Source: a virus (Duplodnaviria; Caudoviricetes). From it: 34,750 nucleotides of DNA. Made by a program: the position numbers and the translations under genes. Shown here piece after piece: positions 8,259 through 16,410 of the stretch; the stretch's first letter is position 1; the number at the start of each line of letters is the position of its first letter. The DNA lies in IMG/VR virus record IMGVR_UViG_3300038530_002024, positions 1-34,750 of that record; one strand, written 5' to 3'. The notes under the pieces are model-generated. The model saw only the letters and a list, made by a program, of their open reading frames with translations, made no database searches and was not told the DNA's origin.

Positions 8259-9728
8259 TTATAATTTGACTTGATAAATTTTATAATTAAATTTCTCATT
8301 ATTATAAAATTTAATTCTTTCAGCAAAATGCTGAAGAGTATAGTTCTTTTTAGCTCCCCATGCTAGATCGTCAGCAATATCAAATAAAGTACATTCAGAC
8401 TTAGTATCAGATGTTCTTAATCCTCTACCTATTGATTGTAATACTCTTATCTTAGACTTAGACGGAGAAGCAAATATAATATTATTTAGGTTCCTTATAT
8501 TAATACCAGTAGAAAACGTTCCGTAAGATGCAACTATAATCGCATCTTCTTCGCCTTCAACGATACTTCTAATATCTTCTCTTACTTGAGCGTTAACTTC
8601 ACCAGAAACAAAGAAAAGCTTTCTATCATAGACCTGCTTATTGCTTTCTGATAATATATTATTATATAATACTTTGCCGTGCTTTTCAACTAATTGGTAT
8701 AAAATAAGTGTATTTCCTTTTAGCGATAGGGCTAAGTTTTCTATAAATTTATTTCTAGGAGCGTATTGTACTATATGATCTATTTCTGTCCTATAGTCTG
8801 CTTTCTTTAACTGCTGACAATATTCTTGAGGATGAGCTAATTGTAAGCATTTTATTTTTAACTCTGCAAGAGTACCTTCTTTCATTAGTTCAGCAGAAGT
8901 AGTTACTTTCTTAACTGCACCAAACAAGCCTTCTAATACTAACTTATGAGTTTGAGTATCATCTAGCGTTCCAGTAAAGCCAAATCTATATTCACAGTTT
9001 TCTAATTTAGTCATAATAGAAGTTAATGACTTAGATTTAAAGTGATGAGCTTCGTCACCCATTACACATTTAAACTGATTAAACCAAGGCTTAGGCATTT
9101 TATATATCGACTGCCAAGTCGAGACAACTATAGCTTCTGGTATACTATTTCTCCAGCTCTTATCTTGAGTTCCATCTATAACTCTTACATTACCTTTATA
9201 ACCATAAGACTCATAGTCAGACTTCATCTGATAAACTAGAGATGTAGTAGGTACAATAACTAATATCTTATTACCTTCTTCTATCATCTTCTTAGCTATC
9301 ATATAAATGATTAGCGATTTACCTGAAGCGGTAGGTGATAAAAGTAAGGCTCTTTTAGATCTCATTGCATGAGCAAAAGCTTCTACTTGATAGTCTCTTG
9401 GTTCTAAATTAGAAGCTGCTTTACAATAATCGTATGCTTCTTTTAACGAATAAGAAGTATCATGTAAGTCATCATCGACATCTACTTCATATTCTCTATC
9501 GAATGCGAACTTTCTAATATAGGGAACCAGGCCACTATAGATTAATTGAGTAGCTGGATTGAATAAACGTATCTTACCATCCCAAAATTTATTCCTTACT
9601 TGAGGCATAAACTTTGCTCCAGGGACAGTAAACGTAAAGTAATCCTGAAGTTCATAAGCAACTCCAGGCTCACAAAATGCTTTTACATATACGTCGTTAT
9701 ACTTCTCTACGTATATCTTCTCTGTCAT
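8259..9728 (-). CDS. uvsW: SF2 DNA helicase UvsW
   Basis: WDGKIRLF, PRDYQ, SPTASGKS, DEAH, GFTGT, SYGTFSTGINI, LQSIGRGLR. Confidence 0.97.
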   Translation of the reverse strand: MTEKIYVEKYNDVYVKAFCEPGVAYELQDYFTFTVPGAKFMPQVRNKFWDGKIRLFNPATQLIYSGLVPYIRKFAFDREYEVDVDDDLHDTSYSLKEAYDYCKAASNLEPRDYQVEAFAHAMRSKRALLLSPTASGKSLIIYMIAKKMIEEGNKILVIVPTTSLVYQMKSDYESYGYKGNVRVIDGTQDKSWRNSIPEAIVVSTWQSIYKMPKPWFNQFKCVMGDEAHHFKSKSLTSIMTKLENCEYRFGFTGTLDDTQTHKLVLEGLFGAVKKVTTSAELMKEGTLAELKIKCLQLAHPQEYCQQLKKADYRTEIDHIVQYAPRNKFIENLALSLKGNTLILYQLVEKHGKVLYNNILSESNKQVYDRKLFFVSGEVNAQVREDIRSIVEGEEDAIIVASYGTFSTGINIRNLNNIIFASPSKSKIRVLQSIGRGLRTSDTKSECTLFDIADDLAWGAKKNYTLQHFAERIKFYNNEKFNYKIYQVKL

Positions 9729-10125
9729 ATACTTTCTTTCTTAAGTTTGTTGTAGAAAAATTATGATCTCTACTATTAAAGTATAGCTTAATTCCTCGCT
9801 TCTGGCAAATACCTTTACCAGTAAACTCTTTATTTCTATACTCATCTCCTAAGATGCGAACATTGATAGGTAGCATATTTAAAATATCTTCTAAATCTGA
9901 TTCTGTAATATAAGGAATTATTTCATCTACATAATGTATAGCTTGTAGCTGAGTATATCTTTCTACTATAGTTTGTATTGGACTATTCTTTTCTTTTCTA
10001 TCTAAAGATGGGTCTACTTGTAAACCACATATAAGATAATCACATTGGCTTTTTGCTTCGCGAAGCATCGCGACATGACCTGCATGTAATAAATCAAATG
10101 CTGAACAAGTAAACCCTATAGTCAT
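9697..10125 (-). CDS. Cytidylyltransferase (glycerol-3-phosphate cytidylyltransferase/TagD-like)
   Basis: FDLLHAGH (HxGH), ER...L....YVDE, RDHNFSTT motif. Confidence 0.9.
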   Translation of the reverse strand: MTIGFTCSAFDLLHAGHVAMLREAKSQCDYLICGLQVDPSLDRKEKNSPIQTIVERYTQLQAIHYVDEIIPYITESDLEDILNMLPINVRILGDEYRNKEFTGKGICQKRGIKLYFNSRDHNFSTTNLRKKVYDREDIRREV

Positions 10126-10844
10126 CTTATTACTTTATTTAAGTCTAATATTGTAGTGAACATTGGATCTTCATCTAAGTTCTTAAAGTGTGTTGTATCT
10201 TTTGGTAAGCATTTACCTCCGAATCCAAATTGACCGTCAGGTCCTGGCACATCGAAATGAGTAGTTGGATCTAAGTTTCTTTGAAGTAAGCTTTTTACTT
10301 TCTTATAACTTACATCATATTGCTTACATTTTTTATTTAGTATATTAGCATACATTACTTTCATACTTAAGAAAGCGTTTCTACTTATCTTAAACATTGC
10401 AGCTTCTTCAGGAGATACTAAAGTAGCTTCAATATCATTCTCTTGAAGGAAGTATGCAAACTTACTAGCTAAATTATATCCTAGTACATGTTCTACTTGA
10501 GGTTGTTTAACATCTTGCTCCCAACCTACTTCTCTTAAGAACTCAGGGTACATAGTAGGATCATCAAACTCATTAACTTGGTCTGGTCCTATAGTTGATC
10601 TAATTATCTGCTCACCTTTCCATTTGCCATACATCTTTTTAAGAGTAGATATATCTAAAGCACCTTTCTTTAGATCTGTTGGTAAACATAAAAATACGAA
10701 ATCGAACTCTTCTTCTTCATCAACAATACTAGGATATTCTAGATAAGGGTCATGAATAAATATTTCGATATCGTCAAACGATTCTAAAAAGGCATAAGTC
10801 GCCTTGCCGACGAACCCGTAGCCTACTACTAAAGCTTTTTTCAT
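10122..10844 (-). CDS. UDP-glucose/GDP-mannose dehydrogenase family protein lacking the C-terminal domain
   Basis: Likely start is ATG 10844 (ATGA overlap). GYGFVG Rossmann motif, CLPT, RSTI.P, PEFLRE, K...NAF...K, GFGGKCLPKD with catalytic Cys. Confidence 0.88.
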   Translation of the reverse strand: MKKALVVGYGFVGKATYAFLESFDDIEIFIHDPYLEYPSIVDEEEEFDFVFLCLPTDLKKGALDISTLKKMYGKWKGEQIIRSTIGPDQVNEFDDPTMYPEFLREVGWEQDVKQPQVEHVLGYNLASKFAYFLQENDIEATLVSPEEAAMFKISRNAFLSMKVMYANILNKKCKQYDVSYKKVKSLLQRNLDPTTHFDVPGPDGQFGFGGKCLPKDTTHFKNLDEDPMFTTILDLNKVIR

Positions 10845-11053
10845 AGGGGTTGTTTTTTTGAAAGGAACTCCTCTTCTCCTGAATACTCTGGTGCACCTTT
10901 GATAGCTTCTTGAACGTACCAAAGTACAGAGTATAGTTTTTGCTTACAATAATAACCATTAAAGCCATCTATATTAGGATCATGCATAACACCTTCCCAT
11001 TGATCTATCTGTTCTTTAATAGTTTTAACACCTGCTTTTTCTACATATGGCAT
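10841..11053 (-). CDS. Small hypothetical protein
   Basis: 70 aa ORF between uvsY and the dehydrogenase, tightly packed at both ends. Confidence 0.75.
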   Translation of the reverse strand: MPYVEKAGVKTIKEQIDQWEGVMHDPNIDGFNGYYCKQKLYSVLWYVQEAIKGAPEYSGEEEFLSKKQPL

Positions 11054-11054
11054 A

Positions 11055-11489
11055 TTATATTCCTACTTTAAATTTCTCCCATTCAACAGCTGACTTGATA
11101 TTAAAGCCTCTAGAGTTAAGAGATCTTATTGCCTGTTCAAGGAAGTCTACTTTTTCATTTTGATAAGATATTTTAAGAGTAAGCTCTATTATATCTTTAT
11201 CAGCGTCTATATACTGAGGTATATCAGCTCTCAATATTTTAAGAGGGTTAGGTTCCCATCCTAGTTCATTCATATCATCATAGTCTAATGAACCAGCGAA
11301 CCATTCATATTTGTATTTTTTAAGAACTTTAAGGTCACTTTGAAGCTTACGTAACGTTAATCTTTCAGTACTAAATATCTTAAAATACTTAGCATGAAGC
11401 TGAGCTATCTTTAGGCTTTCTTCACCTAACTCAGTACGATCGATATCGCAATCTTTACTCCATAATTCGAATATATCTTCTAAGGTCAT
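11055..11489 (-). CDS. uvsY: Recombination mediator UvsY
   Basis: W..DC.ID..EL..ESLKI..LHAKY, Y.DADKD, RGFNIKSAVEW.KF..G; T4-like synteny. Confidence 0.93.
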   Translation of the reverse strand: MTLEDIFELWSKDCDIDRTELGEESLKIAQLHAKYFKIFSTERLTLRKLQSDLKVLKKYKYEWFAGSLDYDDMNELGWEPNPLKILRADIPQYIDADKDIIELTLKISYQNEKVDFLEQAIRSLNSRGFNIKSAVEWEKFKVGI

Positions 11490-11522
11490 ATTATATAGTA
11501 TCCCTACCCAATCACATAGATT

Positions 11523-11551
11523 ATTATAATGCCTAACTAACGCTAGTGCAA
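11523..11551 (-). promoter_or_regulatory. Sigma70-type early promoter for the uvsY-uvsW operon
   Basis: TTGCAC-17 nt-TATAAT on the minus strand, preceded by AAAACAG. Confidence 0.75.
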
Positions 11552-11556
11552 CTGTT

Positions 11557-12105
11557 TTAGGTAATTACTTTTAGATCAAATCTCTCATATCTAAACGATG
11601 CAATACACTCAACATAATTTACATCTCCACCTCTTAAATCAAACGCAAGTTCTGATATAGTTGATGGATATAAACCAATAAATTTAACTTCTAAATTCGG
11701 TTGAGCATTGCTATTGTGAATGAGGAGTGTACCATCACTCACTATTGAATCAGTCTTTTGAATAGTTTGTATTGGATTACGTCTAGGATCTTTATCAGCT
11801 ACCTCTTTATATTGAGTAAAACTTTCTGGAAAACCTATAGCTTTAATCCAATCATACAGCTCTAAATAGGACTGCATTTGCTCATCAACTCTAAAACCAA
11901 CCTGAAATTCAGTATAGTCAATATGAGTACCTGGATTGGGTATCTTTACAAACGGTGTAGGTACATCTACGTTACCCATAGCTACCGCTGGTAGTAGTAC
12001 TGACTGTACGAAAAAGTTAACATGAGGCATCTTATCAACAGTAAAGGTAAACTTTAACGGTGATAAAAAGTTTAAGTTATCAGGTTGCTGAGTTAATATA
12101 GCCAT
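11557..12105 (-). CDS. gp3: Tail completion / tube terminator protein
   Basis: NFLSPLKFTF...P.VNFFVQSV.LP, F.VDE.M.SY.ELYDW, SDGTL, F.GLYP; position between gp23 and uvsY. Confidence 0.88.
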   Translation of the reverse strand: MAILTQQPDNLNFLSPLKFTFTVDKMPHVNFFVQSVLLPAVAMGNVDVPTPFVKIPNPGTHIDYTEFQVGFRVDEQMQSYLELYDWIKAIGFPESFTQYKEVADKDPRRNPIQTIQKTDSIVSDGTLLIHNSNAQPNLEVKFIGLYPSTISELAFDLRGGDVNYVECIASFRYERFDLKVIT

Positions 12106-12110
12106 GCATA

Positions 12111-12118
12111 TATTTAGC
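12111..12118 (-). promoter_or_regulatory. Late-promoter-like element upstream of gp3
   Basis: GCTAAATA just upstream of the gp3 ATG; variant of the T4 late consensus TATAAATA. Confidence 0.5.
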
Positions 12119-12293
12119 TTACTTTAGTCCAAAGTTCTCTAAACAAGCAAAAGCGTTCATGCCCTTCATCAGTTTTATATACAAACTGCTCAGCTAACAT
12201 TTCAATAACAACACCTTCATGCGTTCTATCAAAAGCAGGCTCTCGATGCTCTATTCGATCACCGAGATCTGGCTTCTTTACTTTTCTAGACAA
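12114..12293 (-). CDS. Small hypothetical protein (59 aa, TTG start), possibly an SH3-like beta barrel
   Basis: Not in the ORF track. MSRKVKKPDLGDRIEHREPAFDRTHEGVVIEMLAEQFVYKTDEGHERFCLFRELWTKVS; overlaps the end of 12286..12501 and fills the gap to gp3. Confidence 0.7.
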   Translation of the reverse strand: MSRKVKKPDLGDRIEHREPAFDRTHEGVVIEMLAEQFVYKTDEGHERFCLFRELWTKVS

Positions 12294-12501
12294 CTTTTAA
12301 TCCTTCACCTGACATAGCATAGTTGTAGGCGAAGCTAAGTAGCTTATTCTCATTATTGATATACTCTACTTGAGCTAAAGCTTTCTGTTTAGTTATAGCT
12401 TTAGCATGAGAATCATTAATCATCTCAACCATAGCTTCTTTCTTAGCTTCTAAACCAGTAGCTTCATTTATTTTCTTTAAGTTATTTTCTAAATTTAACA
12501 T
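12286..12501 (-). CDS. Small early hypothetical protein
   Basis: 71 aa, strong RBS AGGAG, sigma70-type promoter upstream. Confidence 0.8.
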   Translation of the reverse strand: MLNLENNLKKINEATGLEAKKEAMVEMINDSHAKAITKQKALAQVEYINNENKLLSFAYNYAMSGEGLKVV

Positions 12502-12525
12502 ATAGTTTCTCCTAGTTATATCTAT

Positions 12526-12553
12526 ATTGTATACTCAAAAGGAAATAAATCAA
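12526..12553 (-). promoter_or_regulatory. Sigma70-type early promoter (leftward)
   Basis: TTGATT-16 nt-TACAAT, preceded by AAAAAAACAG. Confidence 0.6.
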
Positions 12554-12574
12554 CTGTTTTTTTCAAAATAATAG

Positions 12575-12603
12575 TTGACTTTGGGGTCAATAGTTCATAT
12601 AAT
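12575..12603 (+). promoter_or_regulatory. Near-consensus sigma70 promoter (rightward) with overlapping inverted repeat TTGAC-N6-GTCAA
   Basis: TTGACT (12575-12580), 17 nt, TATAAT (12598-12603); palindrome 12575-12590; leader hairpin AGGGCA/TGCCCT at 12614-12630. Confidence 0.85.
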
Positions 12604-12654
12604 TATAAAACTTAGGGCAACGGGTGCCCTTCGATTAATGAAATGGAGACGTTT

Positions 12655-12915
12655 ATGTCATTATTTGATAAAGTATTTAATGCTTTAGTAACTGAAGGTA
12701 ATGAGTATACAGCTGCACAGATGGCTAATTACTTTAATACCACTCCAGCATCAATCAAAGCTAGAGTGTCTGAACTAAGACACAAAGCTGGGATTGCTGT
12801 GTATGCAAATACACGTACAGACTCTAATGGAAGAACTAAAACTTTCTACAGAGTTGGTACACCGTCAAGAGCGGTAGTAGCTGCAGGTTACCAAGCATTA
12901 GCAGCAGCTAGCTAA
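12655..12915 (+). CDS. Winged helix-turn-helix DNA-binding protein
   Basis: Only convincing plus-strand gene. GGAG RBS favours ATG 12655 over 12643. YTAAQMANYFNTTPASIKARVSELR helix-turn-helix plus beta wing (VYAN...KTFYRVG). Has its own promoter and terminator. Confidence 0.8.
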   Translation: MSLFDKVFNALVTEGNEYTAAQMANYFNTTPASIKARVSELRHKAGIAVYANTRTDSNGRTKTFYRVGTPSRAVVAAGYQALAAAS

Positions 12916-12930
12916 TCTAGCTAAACCCTC

Positions 12931-12983
12931 GACCCCCTTTTCCAAGCAGATAATTTGCCAATGAGATTAGGGGGTCTTTTTTT
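12931..12983 (+). terminator. Intrinsic terminator of the HTH gene with an unusually large loop
   Basis: GACCCCCT (12931-12938) pairs with AGGGGGTC (12969-12976), followed by T7; 30-nt loop. Confidence 0.6.
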
Positions 12984-12987
12984 GTAC

Positions 12988-13015
12988 AAAAAAAAGGGAG
13001 CGTAAAGCTCCCTTT
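12988..13015 (-). terminator. Rho-independent terminator after gp23
   Basis: Minus strand AAAGGGAGC-TTTAC-GCTCCC followed by T8. Confidence 0.9.
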
Positions 13016-13034
13016 AACATACTTTGTAATTAGA

Positions 13035-14378
13035 TTACATTATGTTGTTAACAAGTACTCTTCTGTAATATACATTAGAATCTTTTGTTAATGCACCGTT
13101 ACCGTAGGCTGTGCCTTCAGCAAATGGGTTAGCAACAACTCCATACCTAGTCTTGAAACCAATTTTAGGTTGGAAAGTGTTCTCACCAACTGCTCTAACC
13201 ATTTGTAGTGGAACGTAAGGGCAATAGAATATACCAGCATCAAATGCACTAGAACCTTTATATCCTAAGACATAGTAGTTTCCAGTTGTATATGGGTCTA
13301 TGTATACTCTGTATCTGCCATTTAATACTCCAGCAAATGTATTACCAGTATCATCTACTTGTAAATTATTAGAGTTTAATGCAGGTGCATAGTCAAGAAC
13401 GCCAGCCATTTGTAATGCAGAAGCTACGTCTGAAGATGTAATAAGGACATTACCCTTTCCTCTTCTTGTGTCTTTTGCGATTTGGTTAGCATCTCTTTCG
13501 ATTTGGAACATGAGACCTTTAAACTTCTCAACGCTCCATCTACCGTTTGAATCGGTATCAAGGTCAAAAGTACCAGCAGCTGTGGTATCTACTTGAGCAC
13601 CTTGTTTTGCAACAATGTTAATTGTTCTGATAATCTCTCTGTTAATTTCAGCAAGAATCTCAGTTGAAAGAATATTAGCTAATTCTGTCTCAGCATCTAA
13701 TCCATGAATAGCTCTTAAATCTTGAGCAAGTTCCATTGAGTATTCAGCTTTTAAAGCTCTTGAGCCAGCTGTTACAGAAACTTTCTCAATTGAGAATGCC
13801 ATTTCTGGGAATGCGATGTTGGAAGCGTTACCTAATGCTTCAGCTTGGTTAGTTGACATTGCGTCACCGAAGTTATATGATCCAGCTTCAGCGTTGTTTG
13901 CTGATACAGGAACTGTTCCGACGTGCTTGTCACCTAAAGTATTAGCGTTAGCTACTCTAGTAGCAAATGCAGTATTTGCTTCATTATAGAATGCTTCAGT
14001 AGATGAGTTAGCCATTGAGCTGTACTTAGATCTCATCGCAAAGATAAGGCCTGTTGGACCGCTCATAGGTTGAACACCACACATGTCGTATGCAACCAAG
14101 TTAGGCATAGCTCTTCTTACTAAGCTAATTAAAACTGGGTCATAGTTCTGAACACCGTCACCGAATCCAGCAGATCCAGTTGCGTTGACAGGAGTATGAG
14201 TACCAGCCTCAGCGAGAAGTGATTGTGAAGAATATGCGCTTCCTTCTCTTAAAGCGATTTCTGTATTTTCTAAAAGTTGAGCTGTAACTGCACGTTTATG
14301 AGAATCACCAATCTCTGGTAGGTCATCGTGCTCAAGAATTGGCTGCCACTTCTCAACTAAATTAGTTTTTAGGTCCAT
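13035..14378 (-). CDS. gp23: Major capsid protein
   Basis: KWQPIL, DPVLISLVRR.MPNL.AYD.CGVQPM.GPTGLIFAMRS, SRALKAEYS.ELAQDL.AIHGLDAE.EL.NIL, FQPKIGFKTRYG. Confidence 0.99.
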   Translation of the reverse strand: MDLKTNLVEKWQPILEHDDLPEIGDSHKRAVTAQLLENTEIALREGSAYSSQSLLAEAGTHTPVNATGSAGFGDGVQNYDPVLISLVRRAMPNLVAYDMCGVQPMSGPTGLIFAMRSKYSSMANSSTEAFYNEANTAFATRVANANTLGDKHVGTVPVSANNAEAGSYNFGDAMSTNQAEALGNASNIAFPEMAFSIEKVSVTAGSRALKAEYSMELAQDLRAIHGLDAETELANILSTEILAEINREIIRTINIVAKQGAQVDTTAAGTFDLDTDSNGRWSVEKFKGLMFQIERDANQIAKDTRRGKGNVLITSSDVASALQMAGVLDYAPALNSNNLQVDDTGNTFAGVLNGRYRVYIDPYTTGNYYVLGYKGSSAFDAGIFYCPYVPLQMVRAVGENTFQPKIGFKTRYGVVANPFAEGTAYGNGALTKDSNVYYRRVLVNNIM

Positions 14379-14411
14379 AATAGTTCTCCCGTTATTTTAC
14401 CCTATAAACAT

Positions 14412-14419
14412 TATTTATT
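14412..14419 (-). promoter_or_regulatory. Late-promoter-like element upstream of gp23
   Basis: AATAAATA overlapping the gp22 stop codon. Confidence 0.5.
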
Positions 14420-15440
14420 TTTTAATAGTGCGTGATATCGCACTCGCATATTGGTCCATCATTGGATCAACTGCAGCCTTTTTCTCTGCTTCTTCTTCGA
14501 TAGGGGTCTCATCAACCTCTTCGGCAATTACGCTCGGCGAAGCAAAGTATTGCTCTTTAACTACTTCAAGCTTAGACTTGAATTCGTCAAGATTTTCATA
14601 CTCTAGACCTTCAACTAATGCTGAAAGCTTCTCTTTCTGAGATACTGATAAACCATCAGATGACTCTGATACTAATTTATCGATCTCTAGAGATTCAATT
14701 CGTTTGGAGAGCTCAATCTTCTCAGCCATTTCAGCATTGAGCTGCTCTTCTAAACCTTCTAATTGAGCTAGCGCGTCTGCTGCTAGATCAAGTTTGTCTT
14801 CAGGAACTGATACGTAGTTTTCTTCGAATAAAGACTTAAGACCGTTCATAAAGTTTTCTGCGATATCAACTTTAATAGATGATTCAATCGCTACTTCATT
14901 CTCATCTAGCCACTGCTCAGCGACATAAGTAAGATAAGTATCAACTTTATCAGTCATAGCTTCTTCAATAGCTACTTTTTCTTCTTCTAGTTTTTGCTCC
15001 ATCTCTTCTTCTAGTTTTGCTTTCTCAGCAACTAGACGTGCATTAACTGAAGCTTCGAAAATAACAGATGCCTTATCCATAAACTCTTCTGCTAATTCTT
15101 GTCCTTGGAAGATCTCTTCGACATCTTCTTTAAACTTTGCTTTACCAGCAATAGAGGACATATTCTTTGCAGAATTGTTAGGGGCACTCTTTCCGAAAAT
15201 TACATCGTATTGATCAGAAACACCTGACTTCGAAAAGCCTGAGAGCTTCTGGACGATAGCTCCGATCATGCCAGCACGAGATAGAGAAGGAACTGCTTTG
15301 TCTCCTACGTCTTTATCGGCTGGTCTTTTATTACTCTTAGTAGGGACAGGGTCAGCAATCATTGAAGCGTCTGCAGTCGCCTTGAACTCGTCAAGTTGCT
15401 CTTCTTCAGTGCTTACCTGCTCTAAATTATTTTCAGCCAT
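14415..15440 (-). CDS. gp22: Prohead core scaffolding protein
   Basis: Acidic coiled coil, KA..IFEA.V, VD.YL.YVAEQWL.ENE.AIE, M..Y..AISR; between gp21 and gp23. Confidence 0.95.
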   Translation of the reverse strand: MAENNLEQVSTEEEQLDEFKATADASMIADPVPTKSNKRPADKDVGDKAVPSLSRAGMIGAIVQKLSGFSKSGVSDQYDVIFGKSAPNNSAKNMSSIAGKAKFKEDVEEIFQGQELAEEFMDKASVIFEASVNARLVAEKAKLEEEMEQKLEEEKVAIEEAMTDKVDTYLTYVAEQWLDENEVAIESSIKVDIAENFMNGLKSLFEENYVSVPEDKLDLAADALAQLEGLEEQLNAEMAEKIELSKRIESLEIDKLVSESSDGLSVSQKEKLSALVEGLEYENLDEFKSKLEVVKEQYFASPSVIAEEVDETPIEEEAEKKAAVDPMMDQYASAISRTIKK

Positions 15441-15474
15441 TTTAGCTCCTCTTATTAAATAGTATTTGTAGTAT

Positions 15475-15482
15475 TATTTATA
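15475..15482 (-). promoter_or_regulatory. T4-type late promoter
   Basis: Exact TATAAATA in the gp21-gp22 intergenic region; gp55 is encoded in the window. Confidence 0.8.
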
Positions 15483-15488
15483 AAAACA

Positions 15489-16157
15489 TTAAATTAGCGA
15501 CTGTAAAAATTTCTCGAATAATTCGATTTTACGTTCGTCTAATTTACGTACTGATTTTATACCTGTACGCTTAACTTCATTTACAACCTCAGATGATCTC
15601 CATTGACCTTCTGCTGCATCGTAAACCCATTCACAACCTTCCATAACACCTTTAACAAATGCGTCAGGTGCTGATGGGTCTGCGACAATATCAGCAGCGG
15701 TTGCGAGGACAAAATCACCTTGAACTTCGTTAACGCCTTCGTTATTAGTTCTAAGTGATCCCATTCCTCTTGAAGATACACCTAATTGTGCGCCTTCATC
15801 CATAAGATTCTTTACAATATTACCCATAGGAGTATCCATTATTTTGGCTCTTCCTATAAAGTTATCGCCGTCCTCTTTAAGACTTGTTATCATATGTGAA
15901 ACTCTATCTAAGTTAATAGTAGGACCTGAAGGGTGACCTAACTCACCATAAGCTCTTTTAGCTTTTATATTTTCAGTAACATATCTACCTACTTCTTTAG
16001 ACATTGTTTCTTTAGGATATATTCTACCATTTCTATTTTTTAAATTAGATTGTAGAAATACTCCTTCTATGAAATAATTCTTTTTCTTACCCTCTTCGTC
16101 TTGGGCTTCTTTTATATAGTTAACTTCGTTAAATTCTACTTCTGTAATTAACTTCAT
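15489..16157 (-). CDS. gp21: Prohead protease
   Basis: Likely start MKLITE at 16157; IEGVFLQ...KNRNGR.YP, GELGHP, GVSSRGMGS, D.VADPSAPDAFV. Confidence 0.97.
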   Translation of the reverse strand: MKLITEVEFNEVNYIKEAQDEEGKKKNYFIEGVFLQSNLKNRNGRIYPKETMSKEVGRYVTENIKAKRAYGELGHPSGPTINLDRVSHMITSLKEDGDNFIGRAKIMDTPMGNIVKNLMDEGAQLGVSSRGMGSLRTNNEGVNEVQGDFVLATAADIVADPSAPDAFVKGVMEGCEWVYDAAEGQWRSSEVVNEVKRTGIKSVRKLDERKIELFEKFLQSLI

Positions 16158-16158
16158 A

Positions 16159-16410
16159 TTAGTCTCCAAAACCTACAGGTGTTACTTTACCTGCAGTAGC
16201 AAAAATTTTGTCATCAGGGCTTTTTGCAAAGTAATGTATACCAGCATCTACAGTTGTATTACCTATTGCTGTATTAGCACCATCTACTAATGTTACAGTA
16301 GCTGCTGCTGTGTGATAAAACTTTACTAATCTAGCACCACTAAGATTACTAGCAGCTCCTAGGTTAGCTCCTGCTGCTACTTCATTACCTTTAAGTACTA
16401 TTATTTTCAT
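16159..16410 (-). CDS. Small beta-rich hypothetical protein in the head module
   Basis: 83 aa, Ala/Gly/Thr-rich, packed between the core genes and gp21. Confidence 0.75.
   Translation of the reverse strand: MKIIVLKGNEVAAGANLGAASNLSGARLVKFYHTAAATVTLVDGANTAIGNTTVDAGIHYFAKSPDDKIFATAGKVTPVGFGD

Noticed and set aside
10774-10968. 64-aa minus-strand ORF and the N-terminal extension of the dehydrogenase to 10922
   Set aside because: Both overlap the better-supported 10841..11053 gene; the dehydrogenase Rossmann motif begins right after ATG 10844.
15581-15781. 66-aa minus-strand ORF
   Set aside because: Out-of-frame ORF nested in gp21.
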